Source of the DNA: Ginkgo biloba
Taxonomy: Eukaryota > Plantae > Ginkgophyta
Length of the DNA: 19,013 nt
Assembly: GCA_024626585.2 (NCBI GenBank)
Contig: JANKJI020000001.1
Span: 7,974,378-7,993,390 of the forward strand
Reading direction: 5' to 3'
How positions within the stretch are numbered: position 1 is the first letter of the stretch; each line of letters opens with the position of its first letter. Below, one piece after another: positions 9,017-19,013 of the stretch. Under the pieces are notes generated by a model that did not search any database, had not been told where the DNA came from, and saw only the letters and a program-made list of their open reading frames with translations. The position numbers and the translations under genes are program-made.

Positions 9017-10054
9017 TAAGGGTGAATCCTTAGCCTGATTAGTGAATGAATCAAATTCGTTATTGAATTTTGGGCTTGATGAGAAAAAATGTTATTTATT
9101 GTTCAAAGTTATCCTTGGTGTGATTTTTGAATTTGTTGTGTTAAGGTGGTTTATATGTGTAAAGAACCAACTTATACGGGATATGAGCATGTTTTGCATG
9201 TGCTTAATATGGAAAATTACTATTGTGTGGAAGATTTTTTCCTATTACAGTAAAAACTAATGCTGTGAAAGAACACTATGTGTGAGGAGAACATCCCTAG
9301 AGTTATTTGTGGTTCCTAATTCATGTGGATGAGGAGAGAAGAAATGTTTGTGAAGGATATGAAGTGCGGATTGAAGGACTAAATGTTTTGTTATAGTTAA
9401 GAACATAGTATAAATTATCTGAAAAGAGTTATGCTACTGTTAACAGAACTGAGAGATTGTTGCTCACTGTGGTAGAAGAGAAATACCATTTCACTATTTA
9501 CTATTTGTATGGTGTCCATGTGAATAAATTAAATTAAACCTTCACATGTGGAGGAGAATCCACATGTGTGTCATTGCTACTATGTTTGCCAGGTTGCCAA
9601 GTCGAAAGAGTTTTTTTTAAGTGTTGCTATGAAATAACTGAAGTGGAACTGCACCTATGAATAAAGATAGAATTTATAGTCATAGGAGGTGATGAATGAT
9701 ATTTGTGGAGGCTAGTTGTAGTGAGTGGCAAGAGTCCCATGACTTTTCAAATGTTTGAGGCAACTGTTAGGTGATAACAAGCACTAGTGAAGGCAAAGCG
9801 TATGAGCCAAAGGGGAACAATAGATCCATTTCAATGTGGGTGATAATCATTGATGGAGTAGTGCACTATTGAGCTAGGAAGTGAATACCTATTGAAGGTA
9901 TCATTCATTATTTGTAATTATAGTCCTTAGGAACATTGAGGAATGTCGTCTATGGTTATCCATGTGATGAACGGGTAGAAATATGTTGGGACATTTAACA
10001 CCTATAAGAAGATAGATTTGAGTGGGAGATGTCACCATGGATAGTGGAGCCAAG

Positions 10055-10760
10055 TGATGTAGTGAATGAACATTATCCGACTTAAACTTAGGTAAGTCAT
10101 ACTCCCAGGAAAATAAAAACATTCTCACTAGATAAATCATAACAAGATAGAGAGATATTGACACAATTAGATAGGCACACACACATAACCATACATCTAG
10201 AGAATAAATCTCTTCTATTAAAAAAGGGAACAATGGGTGTTATAGATACAATACATAGTATTACACTTTTATAAATAATGCTACTCAAAGCACATTCTAT
10301 AGGCTACCTCACATTCGATGGTCTGCCTATCATCAAATTCTCCTTTCCAATTTTCCTCTTGAGTTGCCTCGCTCTTATTTCTCTATTTCTCCCTTCTTAT
10401 GTCCTCTTCTTCCATTTTTCTTCTCCTTCTTCTCTCCCTCGCTCTATTTCTCCTTATTATATCCCCTTCTCTATTACTCCTTCTGCTCCATAATCCCCCT
10501 TTGGTGCTTAAAAATCCCTTTATTTTAGTCCAGGAATGGCAAGGCATTAAATTCATTTTTACTCTTCCTTTATAGATGAAGAGTACGTTGGTAGGTGTCT
10601 TCCAACTATCATCTTAAATTTTTTCAACTACCACTAGGACTTCCTATGTCTTGCACTTCTTTTTAAGTTGACAAACTCCTGATATGTCTGTTCCTTGGTT
10701 TACGCTACTAGTTTACTCAAAATGGCTAGATTTATAAAATATGATGGTGCTCCTACATCA
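10055..10760 (-). repeat. 3' LTR of the chromovirus (706 bp)
   Basis: Perfect 8-bp terminal inverted repeat TGATGTAG...CTACATCA; colinear with 11733-12406; abuts the polypurine tract. Confidence 0.92.
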
Positions 10761-10770
10761 TTCTCCCCTA
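10761..10770 (-). mobile_element. Polypurine tract
   Basis: Minus strand TAGGGGAGAA immediately precedes the TG of the 3' LTR. Confidence 0.85.
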
Positions 10771-10858
10771 ATATAAAATTTACCTGAGCTCCTGCTCATG
10801 CTGTCTCTCAAAATTTTTATACTTCTCCTCATCCAACTTCTGAAGTTCCCCTTTAGTA

Positions 10859-11065
10859 AGTGTTATCTTCCTGTAATAACCCTTTTCATTTCATTAGGTA
10901 TTTATTGTTGAAGTTATTCCTTATCGCAACCACCATTCTCTCCAATACTTCTTTGACTTCTTCTCTCTTCTTCCTTAATAGCTATTATCATCAATCCTCT
11001 ATGGATTTTTTAGACTCCTCATTGCTGCCTGAATATTTATATATGTCAACCACATTAAATATGGG
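10859..11065 (-). pseudogene. Integrase C-terminus and chromodomain relic
   Basis: PIFNVVDIYKY...EEVKEVLERMVVAIRNNFNNKYLMK*KGLLQEDNT matches PIFNVADL followed by the YLVKWKG.P.ED.TW chromodomain pattern. Confidence 0.8.
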
Positions 11066-11167
11066 TGNNNNNNNNNNNNNNNNNNNNNNNNNNNNNNNNN
11101 NNNNNNNNNNNNNNNNNNNNNNNNNNNNNNNNNNNNNNNNNNNNNNNNNNNNNNNNNNNNNNNNNNN

Positions 11168-11275
11168 TTTCTCTAAATATCCAATCCAATATAGTAACTC
11201 CTCTAGTTTTAAACTTCCTACGAAACTTGGTACTTACATCTTGGTATCACTTCCCTAATTCATTAGTACCTCCAA
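11168..11275 (-). pseudogene. Gag N-terminal relic (CRM-type)
   Basis: GSDTKM*VPSFVGSLKLEELLYWIGYLEK matches K.EVP.F.G.L.PEE..DWI..LEK. Confidence 0.8.
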
Positions 11276-11718
11276 GAATAATATGTCAAAATCTTCCATC
11301 CTCTGTAGTTCTCATCACCTCATCTCTTCGAGCTCTGATTTTGATTATGAGCCTTTACTAATTCTTATCACTACCTTCTCATTCTCTAACTCTATAACTC
11401 ACTTCCTAAGTGGTTCCATCTTTGAATTATCAATGCTTCCTCCTCTACTTATGACTTCCTTTTCTGCACTCCTCTCCTCTTTTGTGTGGATTTTCTTGGT
11501 GTTCTTTCCTCTGCTAGTCGCCTCTTTCCACAGTTCAATCTTTCACTAACTCACTCAACCTTCATATGGACTCCTCTTCTGGTTTCATGAACCAACTTCA
11601 ATAACTTGAAGCCTTCCATCTCCACTTAACCATGGATTCATCCTCTTCTTGGGTTATACTTTGCCAACTCCTTGCTTCCTTCCACTCATAGCTACTACTT
11701 TTCAAGCTTAACAACTAT

Positions 11719-11730
11719 GATTTGATACCA
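11719..11730 (-). mobile_element. tRNA-iMet PBS
   Basis: Minus strand TGGTATCAAATC versus TGGTATCAGAGC, 2 nt from the LTR end. Confidence 0.85.
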
Positions 11731-11732
11731 AA

Positions 11733-12406
11733 TGATTTAACAATCCAAAATTATCCCACTTAAACCCAGGTGAGCATTACTCCCAAGAATATAAAACCAT
11801 TCTCACTANNNNNNNNNNNNNNNNNNNNNNNNNNNNNNNNNNNNNNNNNNNNNNNNNNNNNNNNNNCATACATAGAGAACCATGCATCTGGATAATAAAT
11901 ATCTTCTATTAATAAGGGCCATAATGGGATTTATAGGTACAATACATATGATTACACTTTTACAAATAATGTTGCTTAATGCACATTCTACAGGTTGCCT
12001 CAAGTTTGACTATCTTCTTGTTGTTGAATTATCCTTGCCAATTTTCCTCTTTATCCACCTCAATCTTCTTTTATTATTTCTCCTTTCTCCTATCCTCNNN
12101 NNNNNNNTTTTTGTTGCTCCTTTTTCTCTCCCATGCTTTGTTGCTCCTTCTTCTCCATAATCCCCATTTAGCACTCAAAAATCCTATTTTTCGTCTTTAG
12201 GATTGGTGAGGCATTGAATTCATTTTTACTCTTCCTTCATATATGAATAGTATGTTGGTAGGTTTCTTCCAACTACCATAAAAAATATTTCCAACTACCA
12301 CCAGGACTCCCTATGTCTTGTAGTTCTCTTTAGGTTGGTGAACTCCTCATCTGTCTATTCCTCGGTTGACATTGTTGGTTTAAAATATAATGGTACACCT
12401 ACATCA
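11733..12406 (-). repeat. 5' LTR of the chromovirus (contains two N runs)
   Basis: TGATTTAA...CTACATCA, colinear with 10055-10760; about 78% and 90% identity in two blocks compared by eye. Confidence 0.92.
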
Positions 12407-12896
12407 CTAAGGCATGGAAAATTATAAGAGACTCATTTCTAAGATCCTTCTTGATGCCACCAAAACATAGTCAAACATTGAAGGATGATTGACAAAGCCG
12501 TGAGGAGAATGTGATTGTGGTAGTAGTGCCCGTGAGGATAAATACTATTCTAAGACTATTTGATGATAAACCAAAATTAAGAGAAAGCTTGTAGGAGGTT
12601 GAATGCACTTAAAAGAGGATGAGATCAATCAATTCAGGAAATAGTTTGATCAAAATCCAGAATGGAGGCGAATAGGCATGCAATAGACATAGTCAAAATT
12701 TTAAAAATAAAAATTCAATTTTTAAATTTTTTTCCTAAAGTTTATACTATAGGGTCAAATTAAATTAAAAGGCACTAAATTTGAATTTAGGCCCTANNNN
12801 NNNNNNNNNNNNNNNNNNNNNNNNNNNNNNNNNNNNNNNNNNNNNNNNNNNNNNNNNNNNNNNNNNNNNNNNNNNNNNNNNNNNNNNNNNNNNNNN

Positions 12897-13035
12897 ATAA
12901 ACATTTTGATACAAGGATTTATTCATATTTTAAGTCAAGGTAAAATTATATGGTATGGGACAAGTGCCCTTAGGACGACCCTAGATTTGTTCATCATTGC
13001 CACAATACTTTTGGAGTTCAAATTACCTCATATTA
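12897..13035 (+). mobile_element. 3' portion of the 5' LTR of another old element
   Basis: tcatcattgccacaatacttttggagttcaaattacctcatatta aligns with tcatcattttagcaatacttttggagatcaaatttacctcatatca (ending 15437) and is followed by gt-TGGTATTATAG, a degenerate iMet PBS. The 5' boundary is unresolved because of the gap. Confidence 0.7.
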
Positions 13036-13397
13036 GTTGGTATTATAGAGGTTAATATATCTATATTAGATCCTTTAAATCTTAACAAACTATTAACATA
13101 TATTAGTTGGTATATGAGTGGTTCATTCCTTAGTAATCAATCATCAAGATCTTCATAAACTATTAACTCATGTCAATTAATATTAGATCGATTTACTCCT
13201 TAATATTGGTTCCTTGATATCTTCAAAAACTACTATCTCCTATCAGTTGGTATCTAAGATATTCATTCCTTGGTATTAAATCCTTGATATCTCCACCAAC
13301 TACTTCCTCATATCAATTGGTATCAGGGTTATTCATTCCTTGATATTGAATCCTTAAGACCTTCACCAACTACTTCCTCATATTATCTCGTATCATA
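13021..13397 (+). repeat. 70-bp tandem array, about 5.4 degenerate copies, each containing LTR-end and PBS-like sequence
   Basis: Units start at 13021, 13091, 13161, 13231, 13301 and 13371 with no indels. Approximate consensus: tacttcctcatatcagttggtatcagagNNattcattccttgatattgaatccttgagatcttcaccaac. Confidence 0.92.
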
Positions 13398-15295
13398 ACT
13401 CTTATTATCATATTAAGTTGTAATTACTTAAAAAAATTAGGTTAACTTTTTATTGATTACTCTTCATTTTTTCTTTAAGTTTTAAATAGGGAGGATAGTG
13501 GATCTTAAGAAATAAGTACTTTTAGTATTTGATATTTTTCCCTTATAATCTAGAGTGAACTATAGAAAATATTTGTAATAACTGCTTTACATGATTAAAA
13601 AATGGAATAAAGTATTCATGCAAAATTTTCTTGTAAGTACAAGTTCCCAATCATTAGATGGTGCAAGATACTTCTTTGATATAAGAAGAAACTAAGATGT
13701 TGAACAAGCCTTCTTATAGGACAACACCATTCCATGCATGTATAATCCCTATCATGATGTTAAAATATTTATAATTTAAGGAATAAACAAAACCTTCTAG
13801 AAACACTTCTAAAATTGAAGGTTAAACAAATATATTGGTCAACATATATGATCACACACCTGTGATATTATATTGGAATTTAGAAGTTTTGGACAACTCT
13901 CTATTGGTGGAGACAGAAGGTTTTATTCAATTAGATCTTATTAAGATTATAATGGATCTTATATTGAACATAACTATTTAGAAGGATTCTTCTCCTTTTA
14001 TCTCAATAAATCTTCCACAAGAACTAGAATAAGATAGTGAGGATACCATTACTCCTCAAGATATACTACTTTCAAAATTCTATGTTTCATCATCTTTGTA
14101 GACTAATTTCATAAAAGAATAAGGGACTTTCTTTCTCTAAAAATCCTTTAATTATATATTACTTCCATAAATCCTTCAACATAGGGATAAATTACTCTCA
14201 TTTTTAGGATATGTATTGGAGGAGGTTCCTTTTNNNNNNNNNNNNNNNNNNNNNNNNNNNNNNNNNNNNNNNNNNNNNNNNNNNNNNNNNNNNNNNNNNN
14301 NNNNNNNNNNNNNNNNNNNNNNNNNNNNNNNNNNNNNNNNNNNNNNNNNNNNNNNNNNNNNNNNNNNNNNNNNNNNNNNNNNNNNNNNNNNNNNNNNNNN
14401 NNNNNNNNNNNNNNNNNNNNNNNNNNNNNNNNNNNNNNNNNNNNNNNNNNNNNNNNNNNNNNNNNNNNNNNNNNNNNNNNNNNNNNNNNNNNNNNNNNNN
14501 NNNNNNNNNNNNNNNNNNNNNNNNNNNNNNNNNNNNNNNNNNNNNNNNNNNNNNNNNNNNNNNNNNNNNNNNNNNNNNNNNNNNNNNNNNNNNNNNNNNN
14601 NNNNNNNNNNNNNNNNNNNNNNNNNNNNNNNNNNNNNNNNNNNNNNNNNNNNNNNNNNNNNNNNNNNNNNNNNNNNNNNNNNNNNNNNNNNNNNNNNNNN
14701 NNNNNNNNNNNNNNNNNNNNNNNNNNNNNNNNNNNNNNNNNNNNNNNNNNNNNNNNNNNNNNNNNNNNNNNNNNACCTATTAATAAATATTGTTTTATTT
14801 CTTAATAATATTATTCATGTGTGTAATCTCTATGTGGTTGCTTTAGTACAAATTTTCTAAAAGCCAAGCTTCTAGCTAGGAGAATAGGAGGGATACTAAA
14901 CTCCTAAAAATAAAAAGGTTGTTTATCTCAAATTAGAATGATTCATAACCTAAAAATGTACCTAGTGATAAATAGTAACTATGATCCCCTACAAGGTGGG
15001 ATTCTAACTCATATTTTGCGAGTTATGAGGGAAATATAATTTTTGATAAATTAGAATTTGCAGGAAATATAGATAGAGTTAAAGGATAAAATTTTGCATG
15101 AAAATAGAGATTAAGGATAATCATGTGAAAACTAAATTTTAGAGCCTAACTACTTACAAAAAAATTAAAATAACATCCATAAATTTTCTAACTAGTTGTA
15201 AGATTTTTTTTTTTTTTGATTGTTAAGGAATTAGAATCCCTTCCACCTGGAATTTAAAAGAGAAATCAAATATACACTAAGAGATACCTTTTATT

Positions 15296-15437
15296 ATAAG
15301 AATATTTATGGGATGATGAGTTTTCATATCTAAAGTTATAGTAAATTTCTACAGAATAAGATAAGTGATTCCAAGATGACTCCAGATCCAATCATCATTT
15401 TAGCAATACTTTTGGAGATCAAATTTACCTCATATCA
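15296..15437 (+). mobile_element. 3' portion of the partner (probable 3') LTR
   Basis: Homologous to 12897-13035, ends catatCA at 15437 and is not followed by a PBS or the array. The 5' boundary is unresolved. Confidence 0.65.
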
Positions 15438-18400
15438 AGAGTGCATCTAAATACACNNNNNNNNNNNNNNNNNNNNNNNNNNNNNNNNNNNNNNNNNNNN
15501 NNNNNNNNNNNNNNNNNNNNNNNNNNNNNNTAATAATAACATATTATAATAGATTATTGAAGAAGCAAGAATTATAAATTACACATAATTGATATCAATA
15601 TATTGCTAAATATACGTAGTCAAGTTTTTAAATGTCTTGAAAAAAATCCACATGGAACATACTATAAATAGGAGGGAATAAGGTAACTTACTTTGAAAGT
15701 TGTACGATGAATTTTGGACAAATCAAACCTAAAATAGAAAAGGGAAAAGGAAAATCCTAAAGGGAGGATCAACTGAAGAAAGTTGTATTGGTCCCATGTT
15801 ATGAAATTCTCCTTACAAAGTATTCCAAATCTAATAAAGGTGAATCCACCTCCTGATCCAAATAAAACACCCATGAAAATAACACTATTTAGTCATAGAG
15901 TAATCGTAATAATAATGTTACTACTAAATAACCTTTAAGGAGAAAAAAATTACTTTTATAGAGAATTATAAGGATAACCAAGTTGATCCTATAGAGCCTA
16001 CTAAATGTGAAGTGTAACTAAATTTGTTTATCGATCATAAAAGGGATCTAAACGAATATATTAGTGTGTTTTAAACCATTGATTCAAAGCAACCGCAAGT
16101 CACTAGTGCAAATTAATCAAAAAATAATTATATTTAAGATAATTGCAATTAAGTAAGAACACCAAGCTCTAATAGGAGTGGAGTTGCCTCTTAAAAATTA
16201 GGTGTTACTATTGAGCTAAAAAATATCTCAATATTGACTAGAAAAACTCACATAGGTTTTTGTTATAGTTAAAAATTATATATTGATCGTAGTANNNNNN
16301 NNNNTGAAAACTATGGAAGATAAAACATCCACTGCCTAGAGTATTAAGGGTGCTCCACTAACCCCCTAGATCTAATAATAAGAATATTAGAGCACAACAA
16401 TAAGGACGAGGTGGAAGTAATATTTTTAATATTATACCAAATATTGATAGTTGATTAGTTATTATCTATAATCCAATGTAATCTCAAGTACCCCAACGAT
16501 TATCCTCACCTAAGGAACCATTGTTTATAAAGGTTCAAATTTATAAACCAACTTCCCATTAGATCAAGACTATGTCATGTTGGAAGTAGAAAGTGAGGCT
16601 AATACTATGCCTTAAGTAGATCAAGATACTACCATAAATGACCCTGAACTATTCCCAAGTGTTGAACTGGGTACATGCATAATTTAAGAAGTGTTATTCC
16701 AAACCACTCATACCACGAGCATTGCTCTACTCGTCTAAAAAATCATGCTTTATTGAGATATTTATATAAGTACTTTCTAACTATTGGACATGTTTATGCC
16801 TATAAATACATAAAATAAATTCAATGAGAAAAGGACACATGGGCCTATAGTTTTAACACGTGTAAATTATTAGTATAATTACTTCCTATTGAAAGGGTTA
16901 TTTCATAGAAATTAGATCTATTGGATCCTAAGAAGAGACACATGAAGAATGATTTGGAAGCCTTATGTGATAAAAATAAAAATGGTAAAGAAGAAACAAA
17001 GGCACTATATAATTACTTAAATAAGTAATAGCAAGAAATATTGATTGATATTCAAGAGGAACTTATGAAGGTCTCCTTAATTAGTGTGAAATACCTATCA
17101 ACACCAAAAATGTGGAATTGGATTGATATATATATAATATATTATGCCAATAATTTTTACAATTTTGTTACCGAAGATGCTCTAAGATGAATGATGAACG
17201 NNNNNNNNNNNNNNNNNNNNNNNNNNNNNNNNNNNNNNNNNNNNNNNNNNNNNNNNNNNNNNNNNNNNNNNNNNNNNNNNNNNNNNNNNNNNNNNNNNNN
17301 ACCGAAGATGCTCTAAGATGAATGATGAACGCCCCTACTCTAATGGTTACACATTTTAAAACTTTTAGAACTAAGTTAAGTAACATAGATAATGATAATA
17401 ATGGCACCAAACCCATATATTACTTCTATCTCTACTCCATCCACTTATATTCTAGCATCTTCTTCAATATCTACCACTCCTCTCAATTCCTCCACTACTT
17501 CAATAATCATCATCATTTCCACACAAATTCTTCCATCGCTCTTCCATCATCTTCTTCTTAAATAATCCCCCTACAAGTCATACTATGATAACTTTAGGCA
17601 TTATCCACTAATATAAAACAAAAAGTTATTGAATTATATAATAAGAACCCTTGCTTTATATAATGTCCCACTCAATAAGTAATTCCAAGAAACACATGTT
17701 ATTGCTTCAACTATTTTGGCCACTGTAATTTATTTTCCCTTTTAATCCTACTTCATCATTTTCTCTTCCCCTAACTCAACTAGGAACATCAATCATATTT
17801 ACATTCAATTTAGTTCAAGAAACTTATTCTCCCTTTCATCCATTGGCATTAAATACACTACCAACTCTTAATGACTATGTTATAATCCCCTTCACCATGA
17901 TTATTCCCAATCCTCCATTGTTTGAGAAAATAAAGTTCAATATTAAGTCAAGTTACTCATATTCAACATGGGATCTTAACATCAAATTTGATGATCTAAT
18001 TCCATGCTCTTCTTTGACACCCAATTTCACTATTTTCTAAAGTGTGAAGGACCCATCCAATCAAACATTATGGTTCCCATAAAAATTTGGAGTATGATGT
18101 GATCAAGAGCATGTGGATATAAATTTATCATAAAAATAGAAAAAGGATACTAGAGTTAAAGGTTGTGATCGAGAGGCAAACCACTATAATAAAATCTATT
18201 CCCATTTAGCTAAAGTATTAGAAAAGAGAAGTGAAATAAAATTAGGGAGAAGAATTTTGAAGAAGATTCCACATTGAAAAAATTGAAGTAGAGAGGAATA
18301 AGGCCATCTTAGATTAAAATATTCCAATTAATTATTTGTTTATCATATACAAAGGAAGGGAAAAATCAATGGGAAGTCATGAGAGAGAGAAACGTTAGTC

Positions 18401-19013
18401 AAGTTTTCATGTTTGGAAAAGTCAGAGAGGGGAAAAATCATGGATTCTAACAGTTGATAAAAGTATGACATCGAAAAACAACATATAAGAATGGATGTTG
18501 AAGGTGTATTAATGTCTAGTGATAAGTAGCTTCGATAATTCTGATGACAAGATAAAAATTAATAATTCGATGATAGGTTGAAGAATGAGAAAGAAATCAC
18601 AAGTCACTAGTGCAAATTTCTAAAAAAGGTGGCATGGACGATTGCTAAAATTCATTTTAATTTCTTTAATAGTTATGGTAACTAAAGAGGTGACCAATAA
18701 AGTTCTGATAAGTAGGAATAAAAGGCAGTGCAAAAGAAATAAGAATGATTGGAAGTTAGTTTTTGTTTTTTGTTTGTTTGAAAGACAACAAGAGAAATTA
18801 GACGATTTTCTATGAAAATCTCTATGAATTACATGTCATAACAAAAGCATAGGTGTATGGATTTTAATTCCTTATCGTAAAGATTGTTATTAGTAAAATT
18901 TGTTATTTTATTCCCTAGGAAGATTTCTCTAGTTTAAAATTTTTGTGTCACTATGTAAGAATCTCTATGTGTAATAATTTATGGTTGTTCTTGAGTTTTT
19001 CATAATTCAAGTT

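Larger units (their letters stand above)
10055..12406 (-). mobile_element. Full-length old Ty3/Gypsy chromovirus (CRM-like gag, chromodomain-bearing integrase); centre hidden in an N gap
   Basis: Two homologous LTRs with TG...CA ends, PBS, polypurine tract, gag and integrase/chromodomain relics in the correct order. The 5-bp target-site duplication is CCAAG (10050-10054) / CTAAG (12407-12411). Confidence 0.92.
9943..12620 (+). pseudogene. Possible Ty1/Copia-like gag N-terminus split by the 10055-12406 insertion (parts at about 9943-10054 and 12412-12620)
   Basis: Lies downstream of the 9005 PBS. Joining across the target-site duplication gives ...SQ|GMENYKRLISKILLDATKT*SNIEG*LTK and then VIVVVVPVRINTILRLFDDKPKL, loosely resembling copia gag spacing. 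Heavily decayed. Confidence 0.25.

Noticed and set aside
9368-9377. GGATTGAAGG as a MIR159 locus
   Set aside because: Only a 10-nt match with no hairpin; chance.
10278-12200. Hydrophobic Leu/Ser/Phe-rich ORFs as membrane proteins
   Set aside because: They are reads of pyrimidine-rich LTR sequence or the antisense strand of gag/pol.
10055-12406. Short non-autonomous TRIM-like element (internal region appears to be under 1 kb)
   Set aside because: Gag stops at one edge of a 100-N placeholder gap and integrase resumes at the other, so the missing pol is probably unassembled.
13021-13397. CRISPR array
   Set aside because: Whole units are homologous with no unique spacers, there are no cas genes, and the context is eukaryotic.
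17170-17331. Identical 31-bp direct repeat (17170-17200 and 17301-17331)
   Set aside because: The copies sit exactly at both edges of a 100-N gap, typical of an unmerged contig overlap.

Overview
AT-rich plant nuclear DNA from a draft scaffold with many N gaps. The repeat style suggests a gymnosperm, but that is inference. Bases 1-1070 hold the last two coding exons of a GAMYB-like (MYB33/65/101 clade) R2R3-MYB gene, including a miR159/319 target site with a stem-loop just upstream. A CpG-retaining stretch with nested fold-back potential follows (about 1790-1950). The remainder is CpG-depleted, nested, decayed LTR-retrotransposon sequence. It includes an LTR end followed by a tRNA-Arg(UCU) primer-binding site (PBS) that is 39 nt long instead of about 18, and a Gypsy zinc-knuckle/protease relic. 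It also includes a complete old minus-strand chromovirus (10055-12406, with both LTRs, PBS, polypurine tract and target-site duplication) and a second LTR pair whose LTR-end/PBS junction is amplified into a 70-bp tandem array of about 5.4 copies. The best candidates for something undescribed are the multi-PBS array, the over-long PBS ending exactly at tRNA position 38, and the structured element downstream of GAMYB. No database searches were run; alignments and base pairings were done by eye.
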